Both the position numbers and the translations under genes were made by a program. This document shows, one piece after another, positions 1 through 8,574 of a stretch of DNA of 64,000 nucleotides. Origin of the DNA: a virus (Duplodnaviria; Heunggongvirae; Uroviricota; Caudoviricetes); IMG/VR virus record IMGVR_UViG_3300006153_000005. One strand, written 5' to 3'. The notes under the pieces are model-generated. The model did not search any database, was not told where the DNA came from, and saw only the letters and a program-made list of their open reading frames with translations. Each line of letters opens with the position of its first letter. Positions within the stretch are counted from its first letter, which is position 1.

Positions 1-89
1 AAAGACGGAAACTTCCATATCTCATGGGGAGAGCAGACAATTAACTGAGGGCAAGAAAAGCCGCCCTCGAAAAAGGGCGGCTTCCTCGG

Positions 90-689
90 TTAGCCATGGT
101 ACTTCTGGCGGAACTCTCGCAGCATATTGTTTTCCCAAGCTGTTTTGATATGGCCTCTACACCACTTCACATAACGATCATATTGGAGTGCCATGGCCTG
201 GGATGACATCCCAAAAACGGATTGAATCTCTGAAGCAGAACGGATGCCAAGCTCTCGCATGATTGGCAATGGTGCAATGAGGTTCCACGCAAAATAGTCT
301 GCCTCGCTTTCAAACTGGTCGTAGGGTTCTCGCCAGTCTGTATAGGCTATATCTGCCTCCTCGATCATCTCAAGATGCCCAATACAGATGTGGCCGATCT
401 CGTGGCAAAGTGTCCATAAAACTCGACCAGGATTCATAGAAGCGTTGTAGAGAATCAGATAGCGGCTCTGTTCCACATCGTAATGAGTTGCGCCAGAATT
501 ACTTTTGCATAGGACGGCAACATCCTGTATGGAACATTGGTTCAGCTCTGCCATTTTCTGATAGGATATGATACGACATTGCTGAGGAAGATAGGAGATT
601 ATCTCTTCTGGCTGGATAGGATATGAAATCGTGCCCATGAGTCGGTACAGCTCCAATACTTTACGCTGTATGAACACAGTTCTGACCAT
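90..689 (-). CDS. ImmA/IrrE-family zinc metallopeptidase (anti-repressor protease partner)
   Basis: HExxH motif 'LCHEIGHICIGH'; sits directly downstream of an XRE repressor on the same strand (classic ImmR/ImmA pair). Confidence 0.7.
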   Translation of the reverse strand: MVRTVFIQRKVLELYRLMGTISYPIQPEEIISYLPQQCRIISYQKMAELNQCSIQDVAVLCKSNSGATHYDVEQSRYLILYNASMNPGRVLWTLCHEIGHICIGHLEMIEEADIAYTDWREPYDQFESEADYFAWNLIAPLPIMRELGIRSASEIQSVFGMSSQAMALQYDRYVKWCRGHIKTAWENNMLREFRQKYHG

Positions 690-751
690 TTAGACCTCCC
701 CTCCTGAATTACGTGGATTGAAAACTCTTCGTGAGTAACCATTATACCATA

Positions 752-1117
752 TTAGCTGTCCGATTTTTTGGACTGTTCATCGGAAAAAGCGTAGTCAAAG
801 CCAATCTTCAGCATTGCCATCATGCGGTTTTTGTCACGATCTGTCATTCGTTCTCTTGCCCGCTGCAAGGAAACAAAGTCTTGATCTCGCATAACAGTGT
901 CGATTGGGGTGCGGATATCGGTTGCGCCTACAATGTAATCTATGGAAACACCAAAGTATTTTGCAATTTTTGAGATCTTGTCAATGGTTGGGCAGGTGGC
1001 GTTTTTCCACCGCCCAATGGAATACTGGCTCATTCCAAGTTCAGTTTCCAGTTTGTTGACTGTGATCTCATTCTCAGCACACAATTCTTTAATCCTTGTG
1101 AAAATGATAGAGTCCAT
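752..1117 (-). CDS. XRE-family HTH transcriptional repressor (cI-like); start chosen at internal Met with GGGGG Shine-Dalgarno
   Basis: HTH 'IKELCAENEITVNKLETELGMSQYSIGRW'; divergent from rightward early operon. Confidence 0.6.
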   Translation of the reverse strand: MDSIIFTRIKELCAENEITVNKLETELGMSQYSIGRWKNATCPTIDKISKIAKYFGVSIDYIVGATDIRTPIDTVMRDQDFVSLQRARERMTDRDKNRMMAMLKIGFDYAFSDEQSKKSDS

Positions 1118-1174
1118 AACACAACCCCCAAACAGAAAATTCATCATATCACGAAAAAGTGCGTGATAACCCCT

Positions 1175-1202
1175 TGACAACACGTATAAATGCTGGTATA
1201 GT
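1175..1202 (+). promoter_or_regulatory. sigma70-like promoter (TTGACA-16-TATAGT) for rightward early transcript
   Basis: TTGACA at 1175-1180, TATAGT at 1197-1202. Confidence 0.4.
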
Positions 1203-1225
1203 AAGCACCAGGCACGAAAACTATC

Positions 1226-1249
1226 GTGATATTGCTGATATTGTATCAC
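1226..1249. promoter_or_regulatory. operator-like inverted/direct repeat (GTGATAttgctgatattgTATCAC) between promoter and first early gene
   Basis: GTGATA...TATCAC inverted repeat plus TGATATTG direct repeat. Confidence 0.35.
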
Positions 1250-1301
1250 ACGTTTTCAGTTTAGTCAACCCAAAAATTATAAAACATTGGAGGAGTGCAA
1301 A

Positions 1302-1742
1302 ATGAGAATCGTCAATAGTTTGGTCGAAGACTTTGGTGGCTTCGAGCTGGACGCTGGTGCTGTAAAATTACGCAGCTCAGATACACAGGACATCATGCTT
1401 CCGTATAACGGCACTCTCCCAGAGCAGATGTCCTCAGCGTCCAGCGCTTTCCTCCATATTAACGTCCAGCCTGTGCAGGGCGCAAGAGTGGTTTTGGTCG
1501 TTGATAAGGAGAATGGGAGAGTTCGTCGGCCCTTGGAGGCTACCAATGAAGAGATCATTGCTTTGCTCGATAGGTTTTATGAGCAAAGCGAAACTGGCCT
1601 TGATCGTTACTGGCATGGTTTCTGGGAAGCTCACTACATGGGCTGGAGGCAAATGGTCAAGGATTCTCAGAAACTGTTGAAGATGTTACGATCTCTACCT
1701 GCTAAGAATATGGCTTATATATCACAACGATTGCTGGAATAA
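1302..1742 (+). CDS. hypothetical protein (first rightward gene, cro-position)
   Basis: ORF with GGAGG SD 8 nt upstream of ATG 1302. Confidence 0.45.
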   Translation: MRIVNSLVEDFGGFELDAGAVKLRSSDTQDIMLPYNGTLPEQMSSASSAFLHINVQPVQGARVVLVVDKENGRVRRPLEATNEEIIALLDRFYEQSETGLDRYWHGFWEAHYMGWRQMVKDSQKLLKMLRSLPAKNMAYISQRLLE

Positions 1743-1791
1743 GCCGAGGTAGCCTCCCAAAAAAGTTTTTCAATGATTTTGTTGTTTGCTA

Positions 1792-1820
1792 TTGACAACG
1801 GGAACGTCTTGTGGTAGTAT
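1792..1820 (+). promoter_or_regulatory. promoter-like TTGACA-17-TAGTAT
   Basis: TTGACA 1792-1797; TGgTAGTAT 1812-1820. Confidence 0.35.
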
Positions 1821-1858
1821 AATGACACGGAACACATTGGAGGGAGACGGAGGATACC

Positions 1859-2794
1859 ATGAGAGAGAACTTCTTCACGGATCAAAATGAAGGATACGCT
1901 TCATTCCCTCAGCAAAAGCAATTCACTAAAACATGGAATAAGGTTTTGGCTTTTGAGAAAAGCACTGGAAAGACTTTGGACGAAGGATATACCAAAGATG
2001 AGTATGTAGAACTTTTTAATTCCATGTTAGTGAAGAAGTCCAGCACATTTTTCAACGATAAAAAGGCTGTCCTTTACTATGTTCGCTATATGATTGCTCA
2101 TGGCGAACTCCAAAAGGAGCAGGAAGAAATTTTGTCAAGTGTGATGGCGGAAGATCTGAGCATTAGTTCAAAATCGGCACGCATTACCTACTTCAAAGAT
2201 TTAGACCATCTACGGGCTGCTATCGAAGATACGGTTTTTGCGGCGAACAGAATTGACGACTCTGTGTTTGATGTTCCAAGTGCAGTCCTTTATCTGGCCT
2301 GGTTCGGTTTAACCGAGGAACAGATTCTTACACTTCCAAAAACAGCTGTATGCGATGACGGAATTGTTCTTGACGGTGTAAAAATTGAAATGCCGTATTT
2401 CGTAACCGAGTTGCTAACTCATCTACGGGATGCAGAGGGATTTGAGTCTCAAGGTAGAGGCCGTATCTTTCGGAAGTATGTGTACTCGGAAAACCTTATT
2501 CGGACAGAGGATAGCCCCAAAGTAACGGTCTTTCAGATGCGGGCCAGCCTCAGTCGGATGGACAAATATTCAAATCACGAGTATTCGTTAAAGTTCGACA
2601 CAGCCAGACAGTCGGGAATTTTCTATCGGGCATATATGCTGGAACAGGAAAGTTCTAACTTTGATTTGGAAAATGTCGAATTTGCGTCGGAGGTATTCTG
2701 TGAGAATCTGATTGGTAAAAACGAAAAAGATATTCGGAAGCCTCATCGTGAACGGTTGAGAGACTATGCACTGTATAAACAGCTACACTCTTAA
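1859..2794 (+). CDS. hypothetical protein
   Basis: 311-aa ORF, no recognisable motif. Confidence 0.5.
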   Translation: MRENFFTDQNEGYASFPQQKQFTKTWNKVLAFEKSTGKTLDEGYTKDEYVELFNSMLVKKSSTFFNDKKAVLYYVRYMIAHGELQKEQEEILSSVMAEDLSISSKSARITYFKDLDHLRAAIEDTVFAANRIDDSVFDVPSAVLYLAWFGLTEEQILTLPKTAVCDDGIVLDGVKIEMPYFVTELLTHLRDAEGFESQGRGRIFRKYVYSENLIRTEDSPKVTVFQMRASLSRMDKYSNHEYSLKFDTARQSGIFYRAYMLEQESSNFDLENVEFASEVFCENLIGKNEKDIRKPHRERLRDYALYKQLHS

Positions 2795-2812
2795 AGTGGC
2801 AGGAGCCACTTT
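2793..2812. terminator. perfect hairpin AAAGTGGC-agga-GCCACTTT immediately after stop codon (no U-tract)
   Basis: 8-bp stem, 4-nt loop. Confidence 0.3.
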
Positions 2813-2865
2813 AAGGTTAGTATAGTGACGAACAAAATCAATGTATTCAAATGGGGGGGTAAGAG

Positions 2866-3033
2866 TTGCCGGTATTCATTTTCTTGGTCTTTGCGTTTGC
2901 GGCTGTGCTGTGGGTGCTGCTATCTTTCGCATTCAAACCGCTCGGCAAGTTTGTTGGACGGCTAATCAAGGATGCAAAGGACGCAATGGACGAGGAAGAT
3001 CCAAGCGATGAAGACACAGCAAATAAACATTGA
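2866..3033 (+). CDS. small membrane protein (55 aa, TTG start) upstream of SPFH gene
   Basis: one hydrophobic helix then acidic tail; G7 SD-like run upstream; below ORF-track size cutoff. Confidence 0.25.
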   Translation: MPVFIFLVFAFAAVLWVLLSFAFKPLGKFVGRLIKDAKDAMDEEDPSDEDTANKH

Positions 3034-3050
3034 CGGAGGTAAAATACACA

Positions 3051-3983
3051 ATGAGAAGAAAAGGTTTCATCGGAGCAATCGTCCTTGCAATCGCAATCTT
3101 TGGAAGTATCATTTTGGCACTGTTCTGTACCAGTCGTGTTCCGGCAGGGTATGTCGGCGTCGTCTACAACATGAACGGCGGCGTTGACGGTGAGGTTCTT
3201 TCCCAAGGTTGGCATCTGGTCGCACCTACCAAGAAAGTCACGACATACTCAATCGGTATTGAGCAAAGCTATCTGACCTCTGACGAAAAGGGCGACAGCA
3301 AGACCGATGAGAGCTTCAGTATCCCTACTTCTGACGGCAAAACGGTTCGGGTAAATTTGGAGTTCTCCTATCGTTTCGATGAGGCACGAGTGGCTGAAAC
3401 ATTCGTAACATTCAAAGGAAAGTCCGGCGAAGAGATCAAGGACACATTTATCAAGCCCAAGATTATCGCATGGACTCAGGAGGTCAGTGCTAACTATCCT
3501 GTTACAGACATCTTTGGCGATCAGCGTACCACTATCAATGCAGAGCTTGATCTTTACCTCAAGGAGAAGTTCGATAAGTATGGCATTATTATTGACACGG
3601 TGAACTTCACCGACATCTCTGTGGATGCTGAGACTGCTGCGGCGATCCAAAAGAAAGTAACCGCCCAGCAGGAGCTTGAACTTGCGAATATTGAGGCGCA
3701 GACTGCTAAGATTCAGGCCAACAAAGATAAGGAAGTTGCCATGATCCAGGCGGAGAAGGACAAGGAAGCCGCAGAGATTCAAGCGCAGACAGCATTGGTT
3801 AAGGCAAATGCAGATGCTGAGGTGTTGCGGATTGCTGCCGAAGCTGAGGCAGAGGCAAACAGAGTGATTGCCGCCTCCCTTACTTCTGAGTTGATTGAGA
3901 AGATTAAGTATGAGCAGTGGGATGGTAAGATGCCTACCGTATCCGGTTCTGGCTCCATTGTCACCATCCCAGGCGTGAATTGA
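3051..3983 (+). CDS. SPFH/Band-7 (prohibitin-like) membrane protein
   Basis: N-terminal TM helix, SPFH core, Ala/Glu/Gln-rich coiled-coil tail; GGAGG SD. Confidence 0.7.
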   Translation: MRRKGFIGAIVLAIAIFGSIILALFCTSRVPAGYVGVVYNMNGGVDGEVLSQGWHLVAPTKKVTTYSIGIEQSYLTSDEKGDSKTDESFSIPTSDGKTVRVNLEFSYRFDEARVAETFVTFKGKSGEEIKDTFIKPKIIAWTQEVSANYPVTDIFGDQRTTINAELDLYLKEKFDKYGIIIDTVNFTDISVDAETAAAIQKKVTAQQELELANIEAQTAKIQANKDKEVAMIQAEKDKEAAEIQAQTALVKANADAEVLRIAAEAEAEANRVIAASLTSELIEKIKYEQWDGKMPTVSGSGSIVTIPGVN

Positions 3984-3994
3984 GGAGGAACGAT

Positions 3995-4297
3995 ATGGCG
4001 TTCAACAACAAGAAAACCAATACGGCGTCCCGTGACATTTTGCGGGAGAAGCAGCAGGAGGTTGATCGGCTTGCGCAGCAGGCGGATGATGCTGTCGAGC
4101 TTGTGACACGCGCTATCAATCGTCTGGAGCTTATCAATCAACAGATTGACGACGCTATGGGAGAGATTGACACCTATACGGCTGATCTGGCGAAGACGCG
4201 AGAAGCTATGTCCAAACAGCGCCAGGGAAATGCGGCTATCATCAATAATTTCACCAAGCTCCTAAGTACAGAGGACTCCGGCTCAATTTCTGAATAA
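3995..4297 (+). CDS. hypothetical coiled-coil protein
   Basis: ORF with GGAGG SD; heptad-like sequence. Confidence 0.45.
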   Translation: MAFNNKKTNTASRDILREKQQEVDRLAQQADDAVELVTRAINRLELINQQIDDAMGEIDTYTADLAKTREAMSKQRQGNAAIINNFTKLLSTEDSGSISE

Positions 4298-4313
4298 AAG
4301 AGCCATTTGGTTT

Positions 4314-4377
4314 GAGACGCTAACAGCAACTTTAACAAAACAATGAACATTTAATTCATCACGTTAAAATGCGTCTC
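4314..4377 (+). other. hairpin element: 7-bp GC stem GAGACGC/GCGTCTC with 50-nt loop beginning UAACAGCAA
   Basis: perfect inverted repeat; loop starts with the ACAGCAA box shared with tRNA-like inserts. Confidence 0.35.
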
Positions 4378-4402
4378 GTGGTGGTTAGCAACCGCCGAAT
4401 AT

Positions 4403-4492
4403 GGAGTGGTAAGTCTAATGGTAAGACAGCGGTTTGCTAAACCGTCAGTAGCCCGAAAGGGTGTGTGGGTTCGAGTCCCACCCACTCCGCCA
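4403..4492 (+). tRNA. tRNA-Ser (anticodon GCU), CCA encoded
   Basis: acceptor GGAGTGG/CCACTCC, anticodon stem GCGGT/ACCGT with loop UUGCUAA, long variable arm with GAAA loop, T-arm GTGGG-TTCGAGT-CCCAC, discriminator G + CCA. Confidence 0.8.
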
Positions 4493-4580
4493 GCCGTGTG
4501 GTGAGCGGCATTGCGTACATTGCAAACCCCTTTCTTGACGGTGGGAAAAGACCACTACTGCCGTGTAAGTGCGGCAATAT

Positions 4581-4696
4581 GGGAACGTCCGGTGGTCAGG
4601 CCAATCTGTGTAATGGGTGGCGGACACATACAGCAATCTTCATTATAAAAAAGACTTGAAATCTTTTCCTTGGCGGTTCAACTCCGCCAGTTCCCA
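4581..4696 (+). tRNA. tRNA-like gene with ~46-nt insertion; perfect anticodon-like hairpin AAAGA-CUUGAAA-UCUUU (UGA) after the insert; D-arm unclear
   Basis: acceptor GGGAAC(G)/(A)GTTCCC, T-arm GGCGG-TTCAACT-CCGCC; insert contains ACAGCAA. Confidence 0.4.
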
Positions 4697-4969
4697 CAAT
4701 AGCCACCATACTGATTCTTAGGAAGGAGGTACGTGCCATGAATAGAGCACGTGACCAGACCATTTAAGAAGTCGTATCTGTAAATGTAGAACGGCTGCAA
4801 CAAGTGGGGCGATGCCCCACAAGGTTTCAAAATGTGAGCCGCCCACATGAGTGCGGCAGAATCGGAACGCAGTTGAGGAGGCTCTGCAATGAATAAAGCA
4901 CGAGACAAGCCCTAAGTTCGCATCCAAACAGAAATATATTTGACCGGCTCCTTTGAAATATGAAACTAT

Positions 4970-5021
4970 GGGACGCTAACAGCAAGTCATTCTGAAATTT
5001 TAAGAAACAACAATGCGTCCC
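4970..5021 (+). other. hairpin element: stem GGGACGC/GCGTCCC, 38-nt loop beginning UAACAGCAA
   Basis: same architecture as 4314-4377. Confidence 0.35.
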
Positions 5022-5027
5022 GAATAT

Positions 5028-5141
5028 GCGGAGATAGCTCAGTCGGTAGAGCGATGGTATAAAATGTGGAACATTTCGTTCTCACTAACAGCAAGGTTAA
5101 ATGGAGGCTATGTGTCGTAGGTTCGAGTCCTACTCTCCGCA
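5028..5141 (+). tRNA. tRNA-like gene with 41-nt insertion in anticodon loop (possible small intron); identity unresolved (UGG if splice after U33)
   Basis: acceptor GCGGAGA/TCTCCGC, D-arm GCTC-AGTCGGTA-GAGC, anticodon stem ATGGT/GCTAT enclosing 48 nt, T-arm GTAGG-TTCGAGT-CCTAC; insert carries TCACTAACAGCAAGG. Confidence 0.5.
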
Positions 5142-5354
5142 TCAGACTCCTTTGTTTTCCGGTATCCTTTCGAGTCGCTAAGAAACAAGCCGGCGTGGTT
5201 GCGGACGAAAAGGCGCAAGTGGATTCCGTTCCCACCGAGAAGCGGATAGGGGCAGGGCTTTGGGTACGCTTATGTCTGTTCTGAAATCAAGCGCCAGATA
5301 ATCAGCCCAAATATCTTGAACTGGGTTGTGACAGCTTGGAAAGACAAGCAAAAC

Positions 5355-5469
5355 GTCAGGGTAGCTCAGTGGATAGAGCACGTATCAATGCGTATCTTAT
5401 GAAACGCGCACAGCAATGTTTTAAGGAATTTTAATCCCGTGGTCGTGGGTTCGAGTCCCACCCCTGGCA
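5355..5469 (+). tRNA. tRNA-like gene with ~43-nt insertion; anticodon arm not resolvable
   Basis: acceptor GTCAGGG/CCCTGGC (one G-U), D-arm GCTC-AGTGGATA-GAGC, T-arm GTGGG-TTCGAGT-CCCAC; insert carries ACAGCAA. Confidence 0.45.
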
Positions 5470-5474
5470 TCTAT

Positions 5475-5592
5475 GCGGTAGTGGTGAAGTGGTTAAACAC
5501 AGCGGTCAATAAAATGTGAAATGTTATAGTTTCACTAACAGCAAGGTAAAAAGCCAAACCGCCAATCGTAGGTTCAAATCCTACCTGCCGTA
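5475..5592 (+). tRNA. tRNA-like gene with 44-nt insertion inside anticodon loop
   Basis: acceptor GCGGTAG/CTGCCGT (two G-U), anticodon stem GCGGT/ACCGC enclosing 51 nt, T-arm GTAGG-TTCAAAT-CCTAC; insert carries TCACTAACAGCAAGG identical to 5081-5095. Confidence 0.5.
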
Positions 5593-5743
5593 CAATATAG
5601 GGGAACGTAAACCATCGTCTCCTCCCACCCTATTTAACGATAAAATGGTGACAGCTCGGAGAGACGGGCACATCTCTGAACACGTACAGCAAAAGTAGTT
5701 AAGGTGTTCCAGGTATCTCAAAATTTATTAGGAGGTAAGAGAA

Positions 5744-7303
5744 ATGAGCAACTTTATGGATGGTGTCAAGGATACACTCGTCAATGGATCTGACAATGTA
5801 TCCGTAACCGAAAATGGAGCAGTTGGCTACCGTACCACGGGGCGTTCCCTGCTGGATCTCAACTTTGCGGTCGCATCTCTCCGCAATGCTTCGGAGCAGG
5901 ATATCTCCAAGCGTTTCATCAAGGCGTTCTTTGAGGATAAGGTGACGGCTATGAAGTGGCTATTCTTCGCCCGCGATGTGCGTGGTGGACTTGGTGAGCG
6001 GCGGCTGTTCCGTGCCTGCATGGTGCCGATGGCGAATGACTTCCCTGAGTATGTCGCCCCGGTTTTATCTCTGGTGCCTGAGTATGGCCGCTGGGACGAT
6101 CTCTGGTGTCTGCTGGATACTCCGTTGGCCGACAAGGTGATTGAGTTGGTAGGCACTCAACTCCACGATGATATGCGTGGCTACAAGGAGAAGAAGCCTG
6201 TCTCTCTGCTCGCAAAGTGGATGCCCAGATGTAAGACATCTTCCAAGCAGACCCGCAGATATGGACAGCTTTTGCGGAGTGGTCTGAATATGACGGAGCG
6301 TGATTATCAGCACACGCTGGCGGATTTGTCCCGCTATCTGGTCGTGGTTGAGCAGCAGATGTCTTCTCAGACGTGGGATGGAATTGACTATCAGCGTGTC
6401 CCCTCCCGTGCTAACCTGATCTACAACGATGCTTTTCTCCGCCATGACACTGAGCGGCGGCGTGAGTTTTTGGAGCGTGTGGAGAGCGGCGACGCCAAGA
6501 TTAACGCCGGCACGCTGTTCCCTCACGATATCGTGAACAAGTACCGCCGTACAAACAGTGTAGATGCTACGCTGGAGGCTCTTTGGAGTAACTTGCCGGA
6601 TACCGTGCAGGGTTGCGGCAACACGATTGTTGTCCAGGACGACAGCGGGAGCATGACATGGGTAACGCTCCCCGGTAGCACGGCCCGCCCCTTGGAGGTA
6701 GCGAACGCACTCGCAATCTATTTTGCCGAGCGTTCTTCTGGTCAGTTCAAAGATCAGTATATCACTTTCTCTGATCGCCCAGAGCTGATTGACTTGTCAA
6801 ATGGCAAGAACCTCTATGAGCGGTTGAGAATCGTCCATGAGTGCCACGCTGGAGCAAACACCAATGTGGAGGCCGTCTTTGACCTCATCTTGAACACGGC
6901 AATCTCCAAGCACATGGATCAGAGCGAACTTCCCGCCAATGTGCTTATCATTTCCGACATGGAGTTTGACTCCTGCGCCAGCTGTGGAGCGCCGTCCAGA
7001 GATCGCTGGGGGTACAACACAAGCAGACCGAGCGCCAGACTGTTCGACGAGATCAAGCGGAAGTACGAACAGGCTGGATACAAGATGCCTCGTTTGGTGT
7101 TCTGGAATGTTGCCAGCCGTAGCGAGACGATTCCTGTCAAGGAGAACGATATGGGCGTTGCTCTGGTCAGCGGCTTCTCTGTCAATATCGCCAAGATGGT
7201 GATGAGCGGCAAGCTCGATCCCTACGAGTGCTTGCTTGAGACTTTGAACACGGAGCGATACCAGCCCATTGAGGACGCATTGCGCCATGTTGTTGGCGAA
7301 TAA
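5744..7303 (+). CDS. vWA-domain protein with N-terminal TROVE-like region (Ro60/Rsr-like RNA-binding protein, putative)
   Basis: MIDAS motif 'VVQDDSGSM'; 'LFPHDIV' resembles Ro60 'IHPFHIL' preceding the vWA domain; sits directly after tRNA-like RNAs. Confidence 0.45.
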   Translation: MSNFMDGVKDTLVNGSDNVSVTENGAVGYRTTGRSLLDLNFAVASLRNASEQDISKRFIKAFFEDKVTAMKWLFFARDVRGGLGERRLFRACMVPMANDFPEYVAPVLSLVPEYGRWDDLWCLLDTPLADKVIELVGTQLHDDMRGYKEKKPVSLLAKWMPRCKTSSKQTRRYGQLLRSGLNMTERDYQHTLADLSRYLVVVEQQMSSQTWDGIDYQRVPSRANLIYNDAFLRHDTERRREFLERVESGDAKINAGTLFPHDIVNKYRRTNSVDATLEALWSNLPDTVQGCGNTIVVQDDSGSMTWVTLPGSTARPLEVANALAIYFAERSSGQFKDQYITFSDRPELIDLSNGKNLYERLRIVHECHAGANTNVEAVFDLILNTAISKHMDQSELPANVLIISDMEFDSCASCGAPSRDRWGYNTSRPSARLFDEIKRKYEQAGYKMPRLVFWNVASRSETIPVKENDMGVALVSGFSVNIAKMVMSGKLDPYECLLETLNTERYQPIEDALRHVVGE

Positions 7304-7394
7304 CGACGAACGAAATCAAAGGAGGCTCAGAACGATAGTATAGCGCACTGGCTGTCTACGGTCTGAGCCTCTTTTACAGAGAGGAGTGCAATTC

Positions 7395-8513
7395 GTGATT
7401 TACTTAGACCACGCAGCAACGACACCTATGTTTCCAGAGGTTCTGGAGGCTATGCTTCCCTGGTTCCAACCAGATCATGTTGGCAACGCAAGCAGTATCC
7501 ACACGCAAGGAGTAAACGCTTTTCGAGCCATTGAAGATGCTCGTGAAAAGGTTGCCAAAATGATTAACGCCGATGTCTCTGAAATTTTCTTTACGTCAGG
7601 CGGTACAGAATCTAATAACACATTCGCCAGCCATATCCTTGGCGAGAGGGTCATCACAACTCCCTTGGAGCATCATTCCGTTACGCATCCGCTTGAGAGA
7701 TGGGCACATGAGGTGTCCTATGTAAAGAATTTGCCCGATGGTAGCGTGGATTTGGAAGATTTGAGCCGCCTGTTAAATCTCTGTTGTCACAAAGCGGTTT
7801 CTGTAATGTGGATCAACAATGAGATTGGTACAATCAATCCGGTTGAGGAAATTGCAGAGCTTTGTAAAAAGCACAGTATACTCCTTCATGTGGACGCTGT
7901 GCAGGCGGCAGGCCATATACCTATCGACGTGAAGAAGTGCGGAGTGGATTTCCTCTCCATGTCCGGGCACAAGTTTGGCGCACCGTTTGGTGTCGGAGTG
8001 TTTTATGTGCGTAGTGGAGTCCAGAAAGAATCTCTGATTAGCGGAGGAGGTCAGGAGCACGGTATAAGAGCCGGCACCTATAATGTGCCTGGTATCGTGG
8101 GGCTTGGTAAGGCCGCTGAAATCATCACAAGTCGGCTCCCCAGACAAATCGAAAAGTGGAACACGCAGGAATATGTTTTGCTGAAAGAACTGGACAAGGT
8201 GATGCCAGGAGAATACAAGCAAAACGCCGCTGCAAAAAGGACACACAACATTATCAGTCTGACCATTCCCAGTGTAAATAGCGAGGCTCTGTTGCTTTTG
8301 CTGGATCAGAAAGAAATTTATCTTTCTGCTGGTTCCGCTTGCAGTGCATCGGATGCAAGTTTGTCTCATGTCCTGAAAGGAATTGGGTTATCAGATGAAG
8401 ATGCTGCATCAACCGTTCGTATTTCGTTGGGATATGAAAACACGGCGGACGAAATGGTGGAAACGGCCCAGGCCATTGCAGAGGTGGCACACAAGCTAAA
8501 GGCTATGTATTGA
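7395..8513 (+). CDS. cysteine desulfurase (NifS/IscS-like, aminotransferase class V)
   Basis: PLP-lysine motif 'SMSGHKFGAP', 'HVDAVQAAG'; GTG start with GGAGG SD. Confidence 0.7.
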   Translation: MIYLDHAATTPMFPEVLEAMLPWFQPDHVGNASSIHTQGVNAFRAIEDAREKVAKMINADVSEIFFTSGGTESNNTFASHILGERVITTPLEHHSVTHPLERWAHEVSYVKNLPDGSVDLEDLSRLLNLCCHKAVSVMWINNEIGTINPVEEIAELCKKHSILLHVDAVQAAGHIPIDVKKCGVDFLSMSGHKFGAPFGVGVFYVRSGVQKESLISGGGQEHGIRAGTYNVPGIVGLGKAAEIITSRLPRQIEKWNTQEYVLLKELDKVMPGEYKQNAAAKRTHNIISLTIPSVNSEALLLLLDQKEIYLSAGSACSASDASLSHVLKGIGLSDEDAASTVRISLGYENTADEMVETAQAIAEVAHKLKAMY

Positions 8514-8574
8514 TAAGACTGCATAAAATTTATGTTTCATTTAGCGACGAATTAAATCGAAGAGGTGAAAATAA

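Noticed and set aside
4314-5021. ACAGCAA hairpins as rho-independent terminators
   Set aside because: Long 38-50 nt loops and no downstream U-tract. Conservation of the loop start rather than the stem argues for another role.
5058-5106. Inserts in tRNA-like genes as group I introns or known ribozymes
   Set aside because: 41-47 nt is far too short for group I. No hammerhead (CUGANGA/GAAA) or twister cores seen. Left as an unexplained class.
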